Of a DNA stretch of 64,000 nt, positions 51,973-64,000 are shown piece after piece; position 1 is the first letter of the stretch; the number at the start of each line of letters is the position of its first letter. A program made the translations under genes and the position numbers. Under the pieces are notes generated by a model. That model had not been told where the DNA came from and did no database searches. It saw only the letters and a program-made list of their open reading frames with translations. Source of the stretch: Eledone cirrhosa (taxonomy: Eukaryota); contig OZ024740.1 of NCBI GenBank assembly GCA_964016885.1, positions 268,398,001-268,462,000 on the forward strand. Direction: 5' to 3'.

Positions 51973-52799
51973 TAACAACAACAACACCAGTACGGCAGCA
52001 GCAGCAGCAACAACAACAACAACACCAGTACGGCAGCAGCAGCAGCAGCAGCAGCAGTAACAACAACAATGCCAGTACGGCAGCAGCAGCAGCAGCAGCA
52101 GAAGCAGCAGTAACAACAACAACACCAGTACGGCAGCAGCAACAGCAACAACAACAACACCAGTACGGCAGCAGCAGCAGCAGCAGCAACAACAACAACA
52201 ACAACACCAGTACGGCAGCAGCAGCAGCAACAACAACAACAACAACAGCAGCAGCAGCAGCACGGCAGCCACAGTAGTAGTAACGATAATAGTAATAGCA
52301 GTATTAATATCATCATCATCAACAACAAAATCAACAACACCATCAGCAGCAACAGCAGCAGCAACAGCGACAGAAACAACAGCAACAGCAGTAACAACAG
52401 CAACAGTAACAGGAGCAACAGCGACAGAAACACCAACAGCAGCAGCAACAGCAACAACAACAGTAACAGCAGCAACAGCAACAGCAGCAACAGCGACAGA
52501 AACAACAACAGCAACGGCAGCAGAAACAGCAACAGCAACAGCAGTAACAGCAGCAACCGTAACAGCAGCAACAGTAACAGCAACAGCAGCGACAGAAACA
52601 ACAACAGCAGCAGCAACAGCAATAACTACAGTAACAGCAGCAACAGCGTCAGAAACACCAACAGCAACAGCAGCAACAACAGCAGCAACAACAGCAACAG
52701 CAGCAACAACAGCAACAGCAACAGCAGTAACAGCAGCAACAGTAACAGCAGCAACAGTAACAGCAGCAACAGCAACAGCAGTAACAGCGTCAGAAACAT

Positions 52800-52870
<71 letters not shown>

Positions 52871-52997
52871 GCAGCAACAGCGTCAGAAACCACAACAGCA
52901 ACAGCAACAGCAGCAGCAACAGCAGCAACAACAACAACAGCAACAGCAACAGCAGAAACAGCAGCAACAGTAACAGCAGCAACAGCGACAGAAACAA

Positions 52998-53032
<35 letters not shown>

Positions 53033-53215
53033 GGAAGAACAGCAGCAGCAGTAGCAGCAACAGCAGCAGCAGTAGCAGCAACAGCAGCGGCAGCAGCAGC
53101 AACAGCAGCAGTACGGCAGCTGCAACAGTTAAAGCAAATGCAAGAATAAGCAGCTGCTAGAGAAGCAACAACGGCAGCAGCAACGGCAGCAGCAACGGCA
53201 GCAGCAACAGATGTA
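50790..53215. repeat. (CAG)/(CAA)/(TAG) low-complexity region with higher-order motifs
   Basis: CCAGTACGG recurs about ten times in 51813-52215; AGCGACAGAAAC/AGCGTCAGAAAC recurs in 52365-52995. Confidence 0.9.
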
Positions 53216-53269
53216 AACAGCTTGAATAAGATCAGCTGTAGGAAATGGTTGTGTGAGAGGAGGAAAAAT

Positions 53270-54470
53270 GGAGGAAGGTAGTGATGGTGTGGCGGTGGAG
53301 GTTGAGGTGGTGGTGGTGGCGGTGGTGGTGGAGGTTGCGGTGGTGGTGGTGGTGGTTGTAGTGGTGGAGGTTGCGGTGGTGGTGCTGTGTTCGCGGTGGT
53401 GGTGATGGTGGTGGTGGTGGTGGAGGTTGCGGTGGTGGTGCTGATGATGGCGGTGGTGGTGGTGGTGGTGGTGGGTGTAGTGATAGAGGTTGCGGTGGTG
53501 GTGGTGGTGATGGCGGTGGTGGTGGTGGTGGTGGTGGTGGTGGTTGTAGTGGTGGAGGTTGCGGTGGTGGTGCTGTGTTCGCGGTGGTGGTGAAGGTGGT
53601 GGTGGTGGTGGTGGTTGCGGTGGTGGTGCTGGTGATGGCGGTGGTGGTGATGGTGGTGGTGGTCGTGGCGGTTGCGGTGGTGGTGCTGATGATGGCGGTG
53701 GTGGTGGTGGTGGTGGTGGTGGTGGAGGTTGCGGTGGTGGTTCTGATGATGGCGGTGGTGGTGGTGGTGATGGTGATGGCGGTGGTGGTGGTTGTAGTAG
53801 TGCTGGTGGTAGTGGTTGCGGTGGTGGTGATGTTGTTGGCGGTGGCGGTGGTGGTGGTGGTGGTGGTGGTGATTGCGGTGCTGGTGATGGCGGTGGCGGT
53901 GGTGGTGGTGGTTGTGGTGGTGGAGGTTGCGGTGGTGGTGCTGGTGATGGCGGTGGTGGTGGTTGTGGTAGTGCTGGTGGTTGCGGCGGTGGTGGTGATG
54001 GTCTTGGCGGTGGTGGTGATGGTGGTGGTGGTAGTGCTGGTGGTAGTGGTTGCGGTGGTGGTGGTGATGGTCTTGGCGGTGGTGGTGATGGTGGTGGTGG
54101 TAGTGCTGGTGGTGGTGGTGATATTGATGTTGGCGATGGTGCTTGTGTTTGTGGTGGAAGTGTTGATGCTGGTGGTGGTGGTGGTGGTGGTGGAAGTGTT
54201 GATGCTGGTGGTGGTGGTGGTGGTGGTAGTGGTGGTGGAGATGTTGGTAGTGGTGTTGATGTTGGTAGTGATGTTTGTAGTAGTGGTGTTGGTGATAGTG
54301 GTGGTGTTTGCGGTGGTGGTAGTGGTGGTGATACTGGTGATAGTGGTGATAGTGTTGTTGTTATTGTTGGTGGTGGTACTGGTGGTGGTACTGGTGGTAC
54401 TTGTGATGGTGGTGTGTTGGCAGTGGTGGTGGTAGGTGGAGGTGGTGGTGGTGGCGGTGGTGCTTGCTGT
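53270..54470. repeat. (GGT)n-based low-complexity region
   Basis: Direct read. Confidence 0.92.
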
Positions 54471-55054
54471 TGGAAAAGGCAACCATGACGGATGAAAGGG
54501 GAGTAAGTGAGTATACGTGTGTATGTGTGAGTGTGTGAGTGCTTGTGTGTATGAGAGTGTGTATGTATGTGTGTATGAGTGTGTGTATGAGTGTGTATGT
54601 GTGTGTGGATGTGTGTGTGTGATTGCATGTGTGCGAATGCGTGTGTGGATGTGTGTGTGTGAGTATATATGTCTGTATGTGTGTATATGTGTCTGTATGT
54701 GTGTAGACGCGTACATGTGTCTGTATGAATGTATGTGTGTATATATGTCTGTATGTGTGTAGAAGTGCCTGTATGCGTGTATATGTGTCTGTATGTGTGT
54801 ACATGTGTCTGTATGTATTTGAGTATATATATATGTCTGTATGTGTGTACATATGTATGTATATATGTGTGTATATGTGTCTGTATGTATCTGAGTATAT
54901 GTGGCTGTATGTGTATATGTGTCTGTATGTATATATTTGAGTTTATATATATCTGTATGTATGTGTTTGTATATGTGTATATGTGTTTGTATGTATGCAT
55001 ATGTGGGTATATGTGCCTGTATGTGTGTATATATATAGGTGTATATGCCTGTAT

Positions 55055-55089
<35 letters not shown>

Positions 55090-55489
55090 GGAGTGCTGTT
55101 GGCTTTTTCGCTGCAGTGTTTTCTATACCTTTCTATACCTTTCATTTATATATATATACACACACATATACAATATATATATATGTATGTATATGAGAGA
55201 TATATAAAAAGGGAAGACAAGAAGAGCACAGCTTAACATAGTACTAGTAATAACACTAAATAAATGTGTTGATAATTATTATGTATTTTATCTTCTGGTG
55301 TTTATTGTTGATTTATTCTTGCATTGTTTAGTTTCTTATCCAGAGACTCCCACACAGACTGTGTGTGCTGTGTTATTCAGAAGCAAGATTTTAACTATGC
55401 TGTATTACGAACATTGAGTAGAGAAGACAGACATTGGCTGCGTACGATGGAAAGATGTAGACATACGTATATGCACATATATATATATA

Positions 55490-55783
55490 TTGTATAGGCA
55501 TTCTTACTCAATAAAACACCAGAGCCAAAGAAATGTAACAACTTTAGCAGAGAAAGCTTGGACGCTCAGGGATAGCAATCAAAAGTTTACCCTAAAATGG
55601 GAGAAATTAGCTAAAACCCAAAGCTTTTCCAGGAGCCAAAATTTCTGCAAATTGTGTAATCTTGAGATTTATTACATAATCACACACAAGAAGAAACTGC
55701 TGAATAACAGAATTGAACGAACATTATTCTGCCGTCACAGAACTAAAACCCTTTTTTCCCACTACAAGCCGAATATTACATAA
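55490..55783 (+). pseudogene. PLE GIY-YIG endonuclease C-terminal remnant (Naiad-like)
   Basis: H..SY...TTLAEKAWTLRD...KWEKL...CKLCNLE...LLNNRIE...CRHRTK. Begins directly after (TA)n; hammerhead about 110 bp downstream. Confidence 0.82.
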
Positions 55784-55895
55784 AAGAGGGACATCCCCCA
55801 ACTATATAAACCTTAATCTAGTTAGAAAAATATAAAAACAATCTCTTTTCAACATATATTAATAACCTTAAATTACCATACTAATAATGAAAAGA

Positions 55896-55953
55896 TATGC
55901 TGATGAGAATAGGTACAAATATGCGATAATGAATGTGTCTAAAAACGTCCATA
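55896..55953 (+). ncRNA. Hammerhead ribozyme, core mutated (GAAA to AAAA)
   Basis: TATG-CTGATGA-GAA-TAGGTACA...TGTGTCTA-AAAA-CG-TC-CATA. Confidence 0.65.
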
Positions 55954-56052
55954 AGTATGTATATATATGTGAAAATGTATATAAATAAGTAAATATATAT
56001 ATATGTTTGATGTGTATAGTTAGATGTAAGTGTATTCATGTATTAAAGTGCT

Positions 56053-56087
<35 letters not shown>

Positions 56088-56110
56088 ATATGTGTGTATA
56101 TATGTATGTG

Positions 56111-56141
<31 letters not shown>

Positions 56142-56732
56142 GTATATGTATATATGTATATATATATGTGTATGTATGTATGTGTATATGGATGTGTATG
56201 TATGTGTATGTGTGTACACATGGACTAGAGTATGTATGTATATATGTGTGTGTCTATACGTGTGTATATATAAAAATAAGTTGAGTATGAAAATGTATAC
56301 ACATGAGCGCGTATGTATGTACATGAATACATGTGTGTATATATATGTGTATGCATGTGTATATATATGTAAGTATGAATATGTGAATTGTGAGTATATG
56401 TATTTTGTAGAGGTGTGCAAATATATTTGTGTGTGAATGCGTGGGTGAAAGAAAACGTACACTTGAAAGAAAAATTTAAGTCTGAATGTTAAGTGCAAAC
56501 ACAAAACCAACCACGCATATCTTTACTATCTCTAATCCTTCTATAGATTTAGAAAAATAACCAATAATATATTCTATAAAAAATGTCAAAACAACAGATG
56601 GGAATCTAATTAATCACTGCCACCAAGAATTCTCACTGCTATCGAAAAACCACTCCTTCAACTATTCTTCTAACAACTTCACCCCTTCCTCCTAATATTC
56701 TCTATAAAAACTAAATAGGTCCTCAGTAATAT

Positions 56733-56778
56733 TATTCTGATGAAATGACAGTAAATAATAACATTGAAATATTGAATG
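56733..56778 (+). ncRNA. Degenerate hammerhead candidate
   Basis: TATT-CTGATGA-AATG...CATT-GAAA-TATTG-AATG. The cleavage site is imperfect. Confidence 0.45.
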
Positions 56779-56938
56779 TCTGCATAACTAAAAGTTTGTA
56801 GATAGCTGTTTTAGGTTATGTAACTGTTATAGAAACACGTGTCAATAAATTCCTTTCAACTAAACTGTATCCATTCAAATCTTTCTATATATATATATAT
56901 AGTTAAAAGAATAGAGGTGTAACACACAAGTTATTATA

Positions 56939-57746
<808 letters not shown>

Positions 57747-57813
57747 ACTACAGGTTATATATATATATATATATATAGTTGAAAATTGCAAACTTGACTG
57801 TCACCACACAATA

Positions 57814-57852
57814 TGAACCTGAAGATTGCGAAAGTATGAAAGTACTTGTTCA
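57814..57852 (+). ncRNA. Minimal type I hammerhead ribozyme
   Basis: TGAAC-CTGAAGA-TTGC GAAA GTAT-GAAA-GTAC (palindrome)-TT-GTTCA, in a (TA)n-bounded island. Confidence 0.75.
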
Positions 57853-58035
57853 ATTAAAACTTAACATTTAATATTCTACCATACTATTTCATTCTAATAC
57901 CATTATAAATTTTAAAGGATTGTAAATAAAACGAGTAAATCAGACAATGTTGGAATTCCTTTTATTAATATATATATATATGTACATATATACTACAGGT
58001 TAAATTGTTCCATATTTTTGAGACGAGGAATTATT

Positions 58036-58210
58036 TACATTATATACGTTGGACGGATAAAAGTCCTCATCTTGTTTTGTTGTTAACACAACGCTTCGGC
58101 TGATGTACTCTCCAGCCTTCATGATGAAGGCTGGAGAGTACATCAGCCGAAACGTTGTGTTAACAGCAAAACAAGATGAGGGCACCTATCCGTCCAATGT
58201 ATATAATGTA
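58036..58210. repeat. Palindrome centred at 58123, inside a hammerhead core
   Basis: Right arm reads (A)TGATGA-A-GGCTG...CAGCC-GAAA-CG-TT-GTGTT. The left arm is its reverse complement. Confidence 0.9.
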
Positions 58211-58214
58211 CAGG

Positions 58215-58258
<44 letters not shown>

Positions 58259-58548
58259 GTAGAACACTGGAAGGTAATATTCGTAGTGGTAGAGCACTCA
58301 GTCCATGGGAAGAGTTAGGTAGAAGTGGTTACACAACAGTTAGTTCACCATACCGAGAACAATTAGCGGATCCTCAGCTCGTAATGGACATGGTTATACG
58401 GAACAGGAAGGACAACTTACGAACGCGCATGCGCAGAAACCGTCACTTCACTCAGGCAATACTAAATTGCGTGCGAGAGGTGTAAGGGAGATAACTGCGA
58501 AAGTCCGAAAGTTTCTATTTGATAAGAAAATTAGGTTGTTGTTGTAAT

Positions 58549-58998
58549 TCAATCCGGAGCTTTGTAGTTATGTAAGAGGTGTTTCCAGACGTGTGGACAA
58601 CGTTTGAAGAATTTATTTTTTGAGTTTAGGCAATCTCTATTGCGTAATCTCTTGAGAATATTTATTCGTTTATAAATACATAGTCCACACGACGGATTGC
58701 CCCTTGCGTATGGCTTGGACTTAGTAATGGCTTTCCATTGAATGGAGTAGTCTATACTTGAGTCCTTGAGGGACCATACGTGTGTCGCGAGTTTCATGGA
58801 TGAACGTCTGTCTGGGTACATAAAGGTCGACTGTTGGTTCAGGAAGCGTTCCTTAAATCGGCCCTCCACCATACCCACATAGGATTTGACCTCCTGTTGT
58901 TGATTTGGTCGGTTGGAAGTGACCATAGCTTCATAAACTATAGCGGGTGTGTTGCATTGATGTTGAAGGGGATAAGCTTCGGGCTTACGGCAAGAGCA
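58549..58998 (-). pseudogene. PLE GIY-YIG endonuclease domain (Naiad-like), open frame, 5'-truncated
   Basis: CSCRKPEAYPLQHQC...IVYEAMV...SYVGMVEGRFKERF...LATHVWSLKD...CGLC...LNSKN...CPH. The listed ORF start (59082) comes from adjacent SINE sequence. Confidence 0.88.
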
Positions 58999-59059
58999 CC
59001 CTGGGTGTTGCTCTTGCAGTATGGCGTCCGACCTTCTACCGATACTGCCATATAAATAT

Positions 59060-59243
59060 ATAATTGTTTCTACTTTAGGCACAAGGCTAGCAATTACCCA
59101 GTGCCTTACTGGTACTTTATTTTATCGACCCCGTAAGGATGAAAGGCAAAGTCAATCAACCTCGGCGGGATTCGAACTCAGATTGTAAAGGGACGTAACT
59201 ATGCTGGAAAGCATGGCGTCCGACCCTCTACCGATACTGCCAA
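59060..59243 (-). mobile_element. SINE copy
   Basis: Family similarity. Confidence 0.88.
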
Positions 59244-59517
59244 ATAAATATATAAAGCTGCTGAGATTGTTCACTATTACTACTAAGAGTTTCACGAGTG
59301 TCATTGTTCGTGTAACTGATTTTCTAACTGTAAAACATGATTTATACCAAGGCAAACACGGGTGGACGGTCATTGGTATGCAAAAAGCATATAAAGCAAG
59401 AATGGAAAAAGAATTTTTAAAAATGAAGTAAAAAAAGAGAAAAACGTGGTTCTATTATGTTTCCTCTCGTTGTATTGTAATGTCTACAATAAAATACAAC
59501 AGGAGTAAATATTATAG

Positions 59518-59561
59518 TACCACTGATGATGTCACAGATGTGTGATGAAAGAGCTTTGATA
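59518..59561 (+). ncRNA. Minimal type I hammerhead ribozyme (same family as 31736-31779)
   Basis: TACCA-CTGATGA-T-GTCACA GATG TGTGAT-GAAA-GAGC-TT-TGATA, then AAC(TA)n. Confidence 0.72.
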
Positions 59562-59624
<63 letters not shown>

Positions 59625-59717
59625 AAGGTTAAACAAGGTTCAATGAATAAATCAATGAATAAAGTTTTACAATAGATTAGACGTACTCCATAGTTATATG
59701 CTTTTCCGGAGTTATTA

Positions 59718-60053
59718 ATATTAATTCAAAATATTAACAAATATAGACATTCGCGTGATCAAGTATATTTTATTATACATATTTCAGAGGTAGTGAGTTG
59801 TCTTCACCAGTACGTCCTCATCAGATAAAATAAGATGATGCATGACTGCCATGATGAATTTTAACCATCATTTAACAAGATGACTGCCATGACTGAATTT
59901 TAACCATCTACTTAGTCAAGGTATGTCATGCATCATCTTATTCTATCTGATGAGGACGTACTGGTGGAGATAGCTCAGTACCTCTGAAATATATATAATA
60001 AAATATACTTGATCACACGAATGTCTATATTTGTTAATATTTTGAATTAATAT
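59718..60053. repeat. Fold-back element (arms 59718-59847 and 59925-60053)
   Basis: Reverse-complement arms. The spacer holds a short direct duplication (ATGACTGCCATGA..TGAATTTTAACCATC). Confidence 0.9.
59941..60003 (+). ncRNA. Minimal type I hammerhead ribozyme (mirror at 59768-59830, minus strand)
   Basis: TT(C/T)TAT-CTGATGA-GGACGTACTG...CAGTACCTCT-GAAA-TATATA (palindrome)-TA-ATAAAA. Confidence 0.8.
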
Positions 60054-60123
60054 ATATATATATATATATATATATCAAGTAAGTATGTTTTGAAACAGTG
60101 AGCAGGTTTGAAATTAGAAAATA

Positions 60124-60309
60124 AATAGCTTTCACCGTATTTTTTACTAAAGGAATTTTAGCCTGATAATGGGGTTTAGAACCCTCAGATAAATGGAAAA
60201 AGATGAGTATTGACGTACGTCAATACTCATCTTTTTCCATTTATCTGAGGGTTCTAAACCCCATTATCAGGCTAAAATTCCTTTAGTCAAAAATACGGTG
60301 AAAGCTATT
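60124..60309. repeat. Near-perfect loopless 186-bp palindrome centred at 60216/60217
   Basis: ...GAGTATTGACGT|ACGTCAATACTC...; bounded by (TA)n. Confidence 0.95.
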
Positions 60310-60310
60310 C

Positions 60311-60359
<49 letters not shown>

Positions 60360-60599
60360 TATATATATTTTTAACCGTTGTCCAATCAGTGATAAACATT
60401 GATTGCCAGACAAATTAACTATGGAGATATAAAAGATACAGAAGCGAAAAACAATCCAAATCATACAGTGAGTGTACTTTATTATATATTGCTGACAATT
60501 TTATAACAATATGACCCTCCCCAAATATAACAATATTTGTTTCAACACACGATTTCATATCAAAAATCTTGCAAAGCAAATATATATATATAGAGAGAG

Positions 60600-60740
60600 A
60601 GAGTTACGGCCCTTTATGATCTGAGTTCAAATCCCACCGAGGTTAACTTTGCTTTCATCCTTACGGAGTCGATAAAATAAAGTACCACTAATGCACTGAG
60701 ATAATTACTGGCCTTGTGCCAAAAATAGAAACAATTATTT
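60600..60740 (+). mobile_element. SINE copy, 5'-truncated
   Basis: Family similarity. Confidence 0.82.
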
Positions 60741-60916
60741 ATTTATACATGTATAATGCATCACTAACTTTTCCCAAGCTCTAACTCAACTCTTCTCTTA
60801 ACGCTTGTTTTGTGTGAGATAAACCTTGAGCAATTACCTCTACCTGTAGCTGGCAATTATAACATATATGTCTGTCTCTACTCTCTTTTTGAGATTTGAT
60901 TGTATGCTTCCACTTT

Positions 60917-60967
<51 letters not shown>

Positions 60968-61157
60968 ACGAAGGACGTGAGGTAAGGAACCAGATGGACC
61001 ATAACACACCAGAGTACTCAATACTTAGGGTAGTAGAGTGGGTAATAGGAAAAAGTTTGACCCCGACGGCAGAGATCAAGCCGTTTCAATGGCTATTTCA
61101 GTCCAGAAATAGCCGTTGAAACGGCTTGAGCTCTGCCGTCGGGGTCAAACATTTTCA
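60968..61157 (-). mobile_element. Short hairpin-headed copy of the 19711-20729 family
   Basis: Fold-back centred near 61101, bounded by (TA)n. Confidence 0.8.
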
Positions 61158-61639
61158 TATATATATTTAATATAGAAATGGCTTCTACAGGACTAGAACT
61201 GTTTCTGTCGAAGGAAATCATGTATTAAGTACTTTACTTACTGTGGTTACCCCCGATTGAAGCCGGAATACACACACACATACACCCCCCCCCCCCCCCC
61301 ACACACACACACACATATATATATATGTGTGTGTGTGCATGTATATGTGTATGAATGTATGCATGTATGTATGTATGTTTGTATGTATGTTTGCATGTAA
61401 TGTAAGTATGTATGTATGATTTTATGTTTGGGCATCCGTTTGAAACATTGGGGAAATTTAAAATGTAATTATCCCAACGTAGAATATTTTAGGCCTGTAG
61501 CAAGAGGAATGAACATCCGACTACATTTCAAATTTCAAATTATTCCAATATTTATTAAATCACCCGGATGTTCACACTCGTTGCTACATGCCTAAACTCT
61601 TCTAAATGAGGGCAATTGGTAGCCCATCATTTTTCTGAA

Positions 61640-62330
61640 TTCAGTTCAAGATTTTGGCCAAGGTATTAGCAAAGTGGATGGCGTTTGTCGTCAAGACTTT
61701 GGTAAGCGCAACTATAGGCATTTCCGAACAGATCTATTCGCTACAACCACCACGTCACTCAAAGCATCACACTGATATGGCTTTGGTGATGTTCTAACCA
61801 ATTCAAATCAACTGAAAGCGTTTGATTGGATCAACACCGTTATTATATGCTACGACTTAACGATACTGATATCGGTCTATACGGAAATCATAGTGGCCTT
61901 CACTGTTATAAAGGAAAAATATGCAATTACTTAAACATAGATTAACGTGGAGAAGATGGTGGGTTCTGGAACTCATCACCTGGGGAAACAAGCCGATCTC
62001 CCCGGGCAGCACTGTGGTAGGGAGATAGACCGACGGACAAGTTACGTTTGTTGTAGATTTGATTCTAATCTCAAGATAATTGTCCGGTCACTTCCTCTTC
62101 GCACAGGTCACTGTCGAGACCTCAGACGTACTTGAAACCCGTACTTCTGAACTCTTCTGCAAGATCGGAATGCCAGCAGCTCGTACGAGGAAGGAGCCGC
62201 TCGAGTGGGGTGGCTGTTGCAGTGGGTGTCGCCGGCCATTGTCCGCAGGAATGCTTTTGCGGTCTTGTTCACGGGTCGCAGCCTCAATACCACTGCGCCC
62301 TAGGCCTAGAACCCATCATCCTCTCCATCC
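61640..62330 (+). mobile_element. Highly diverged Tx1/L1 ORF2 remnant
   Basis: ATTTTGGCCAAGGTATTAGCA, AAAGCGTTTGAT and CTTGAAACCCGTACTTCTGAACTCTTCTGCAAG resemble, in order, parts of 38820-39850. Confidence 0.55.
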
Positions 62331-63534
62331 TTCAGTTACACTAGAACCCTTGCTTTTCCCTTTCTTTTCCATTTCCATAACCACAATAGGAATTGATACG
62401 AGGTTACCAGCAGGGTGACTAGTCTCACACAGAAAATGTGGCAGGGGTGAATAACTCGTATATTGTCTCTGTTATATATTGACATCTGGTCGTTGTGCCT
62501 TGTCCCAGCTTTCGTCTGACCAGATTAAAGCGTCTACATTTCTGATTTATATGAAAGGGACATATAAGTCAAGCAGTCGATCTGGTATCAAGATCCTTTG
62601 CTCTTTGGACTTGATATACTGATAGACAACACATTAAAGAATTGTAGATTATCATGGTTATGATAATTATGAATAATTTAATCATATAGGTAAAATGGAA
62701 ATACAAACTAGCAATGGAGTCTTTATGTGGTCGTTTGACTGGCTAGAAATATCTGCTAAACCACCATCAAATCACACTCTTCTGTCTCCAGAAAGAAACA
62801 ATGTAGACCTAGATACATTGTACCCGAAGGAAAACCCTGTGGTGGTCACGAACGCCTTTTATCATATGTTTGTTCGATTAGAGCTAGCCACTTTCCAAAC
62901 AGCAATAACAAATATATAATATATATATATTTATATATATATATATATACAACATCGAAAATACAATAAAAATAAATAGAATATCATTAACTGTCTATAG
63001 TTTAACACATTGGGTAATGCAGCGCTATTACATTGTAACTGAAATAATACGCCGCGATTGTCATGACTGGAACGCATTTGATTGCAAGTCTGTTGGATTT
63101 GGCCTAGCCAGAAGCTTAACTACAACAACAACAAACACGGAAATACGATAAAATAGAAATAGAAATCGAATGTTGTTAATTTTCTTTTCATGGGTTGATC
63201 GATTATTTTGGAAATCCAGCTTCTGTCTAAAATCATATTTCTGAAATATTTATATTATTTATTCAGAAACAACGTGAGAAAATGTCCATTTCTTTTCTAA
63301 ACTGCAAATAGAAATATATTGTTGCTAGTAACTAGAAAAAACTTAGCAGCACGTTTGTTTGTACTTTGTACATCCTCGTATTACAAGGATGGGATAATAA
63401 GAAACCTGAGATTTTAACTGCTACAAATCATACAACTAAAACTTTCATGAAAACTCCACTTTAATTTAGAACAGATATTCACCAGCAAGAACGGCAGTAA
63501 CAAATGAAACAACAAAACATTAGAGTAGCTTTCA

Positions 63535-63755
<221 letters not shown>

Positions 63756-63835
63756 TATATATTGTTTTTCTCTCCATTTCTTGCTCTCTCTCTCTCTCTC
63801 ACTTATTCTGCATCACGTTCTTCCAACGAGAGAGG

Positions 63836-63881
<46 letters not shown>

Positions 63882-64000
63882 TCATTAAAAATATATGAAA
63901 GAAAATGGAATAAACGGAATAAGTAGGGAAAGGGGAGCAAATAATATGTTGCGGGGGAGGGAAGGATAGGGAGAGAAAGACTGAGTAGGCTAAGGAAATA

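Noticed and set aside
50455-53125. Poly-Leu, -Ala, -Cys and -Gln ORFs
   Set aside because: (CAG)/(CAA) low-complexity artefacts.
53129-55000. 623-aa proline-rich ORF and overlapping Thr-, Gly- and Val-rich ORFs
   Set aside because: Translation of (GGT)n and (TG)n tracts. Several frames on both strands are open, as expected for stop-free simple repeats. No domain or splice evidence.

Overview
AT-rich, repeat-saturated eukaryotic intergenic or intronic DNA. The dominant tRNA-derived SINE and the microsatellite load suggest a cephalopod (octopus-like) genome; this is an inference. I can support no intact host gene. Most listed ORFs are translations of (TA)n, (CA)n, (AAT)n, (CAG)n or (GGT)n tracts. 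Recognisable mobile DNA includes more than 25 copies of one SINE family, R4/Dong-like RLE LINE 3' fragments (one set in a 1381-bp tandem duplication), a 5'-truncated Tx1/L1 element, an RTE remnant, hAT-, pogo- and piggyBac-type MITEs, a Helitron-like element, and three Penelope-like (PLE) GIY-YIG endonuclease remnants. The most striking signal is not in the ORF track. About 20 type I hammerhead ribozyme motifs (about 13 sequence families; some intact, some degenerate) sit in short islands between (TA)n tracts. Many of these islands are fold-back palindromes carrying the ribozyme on both strands, and some fold back inside the ribozyme. All structures were folded by eye, and coordinates may be off by a few nt.
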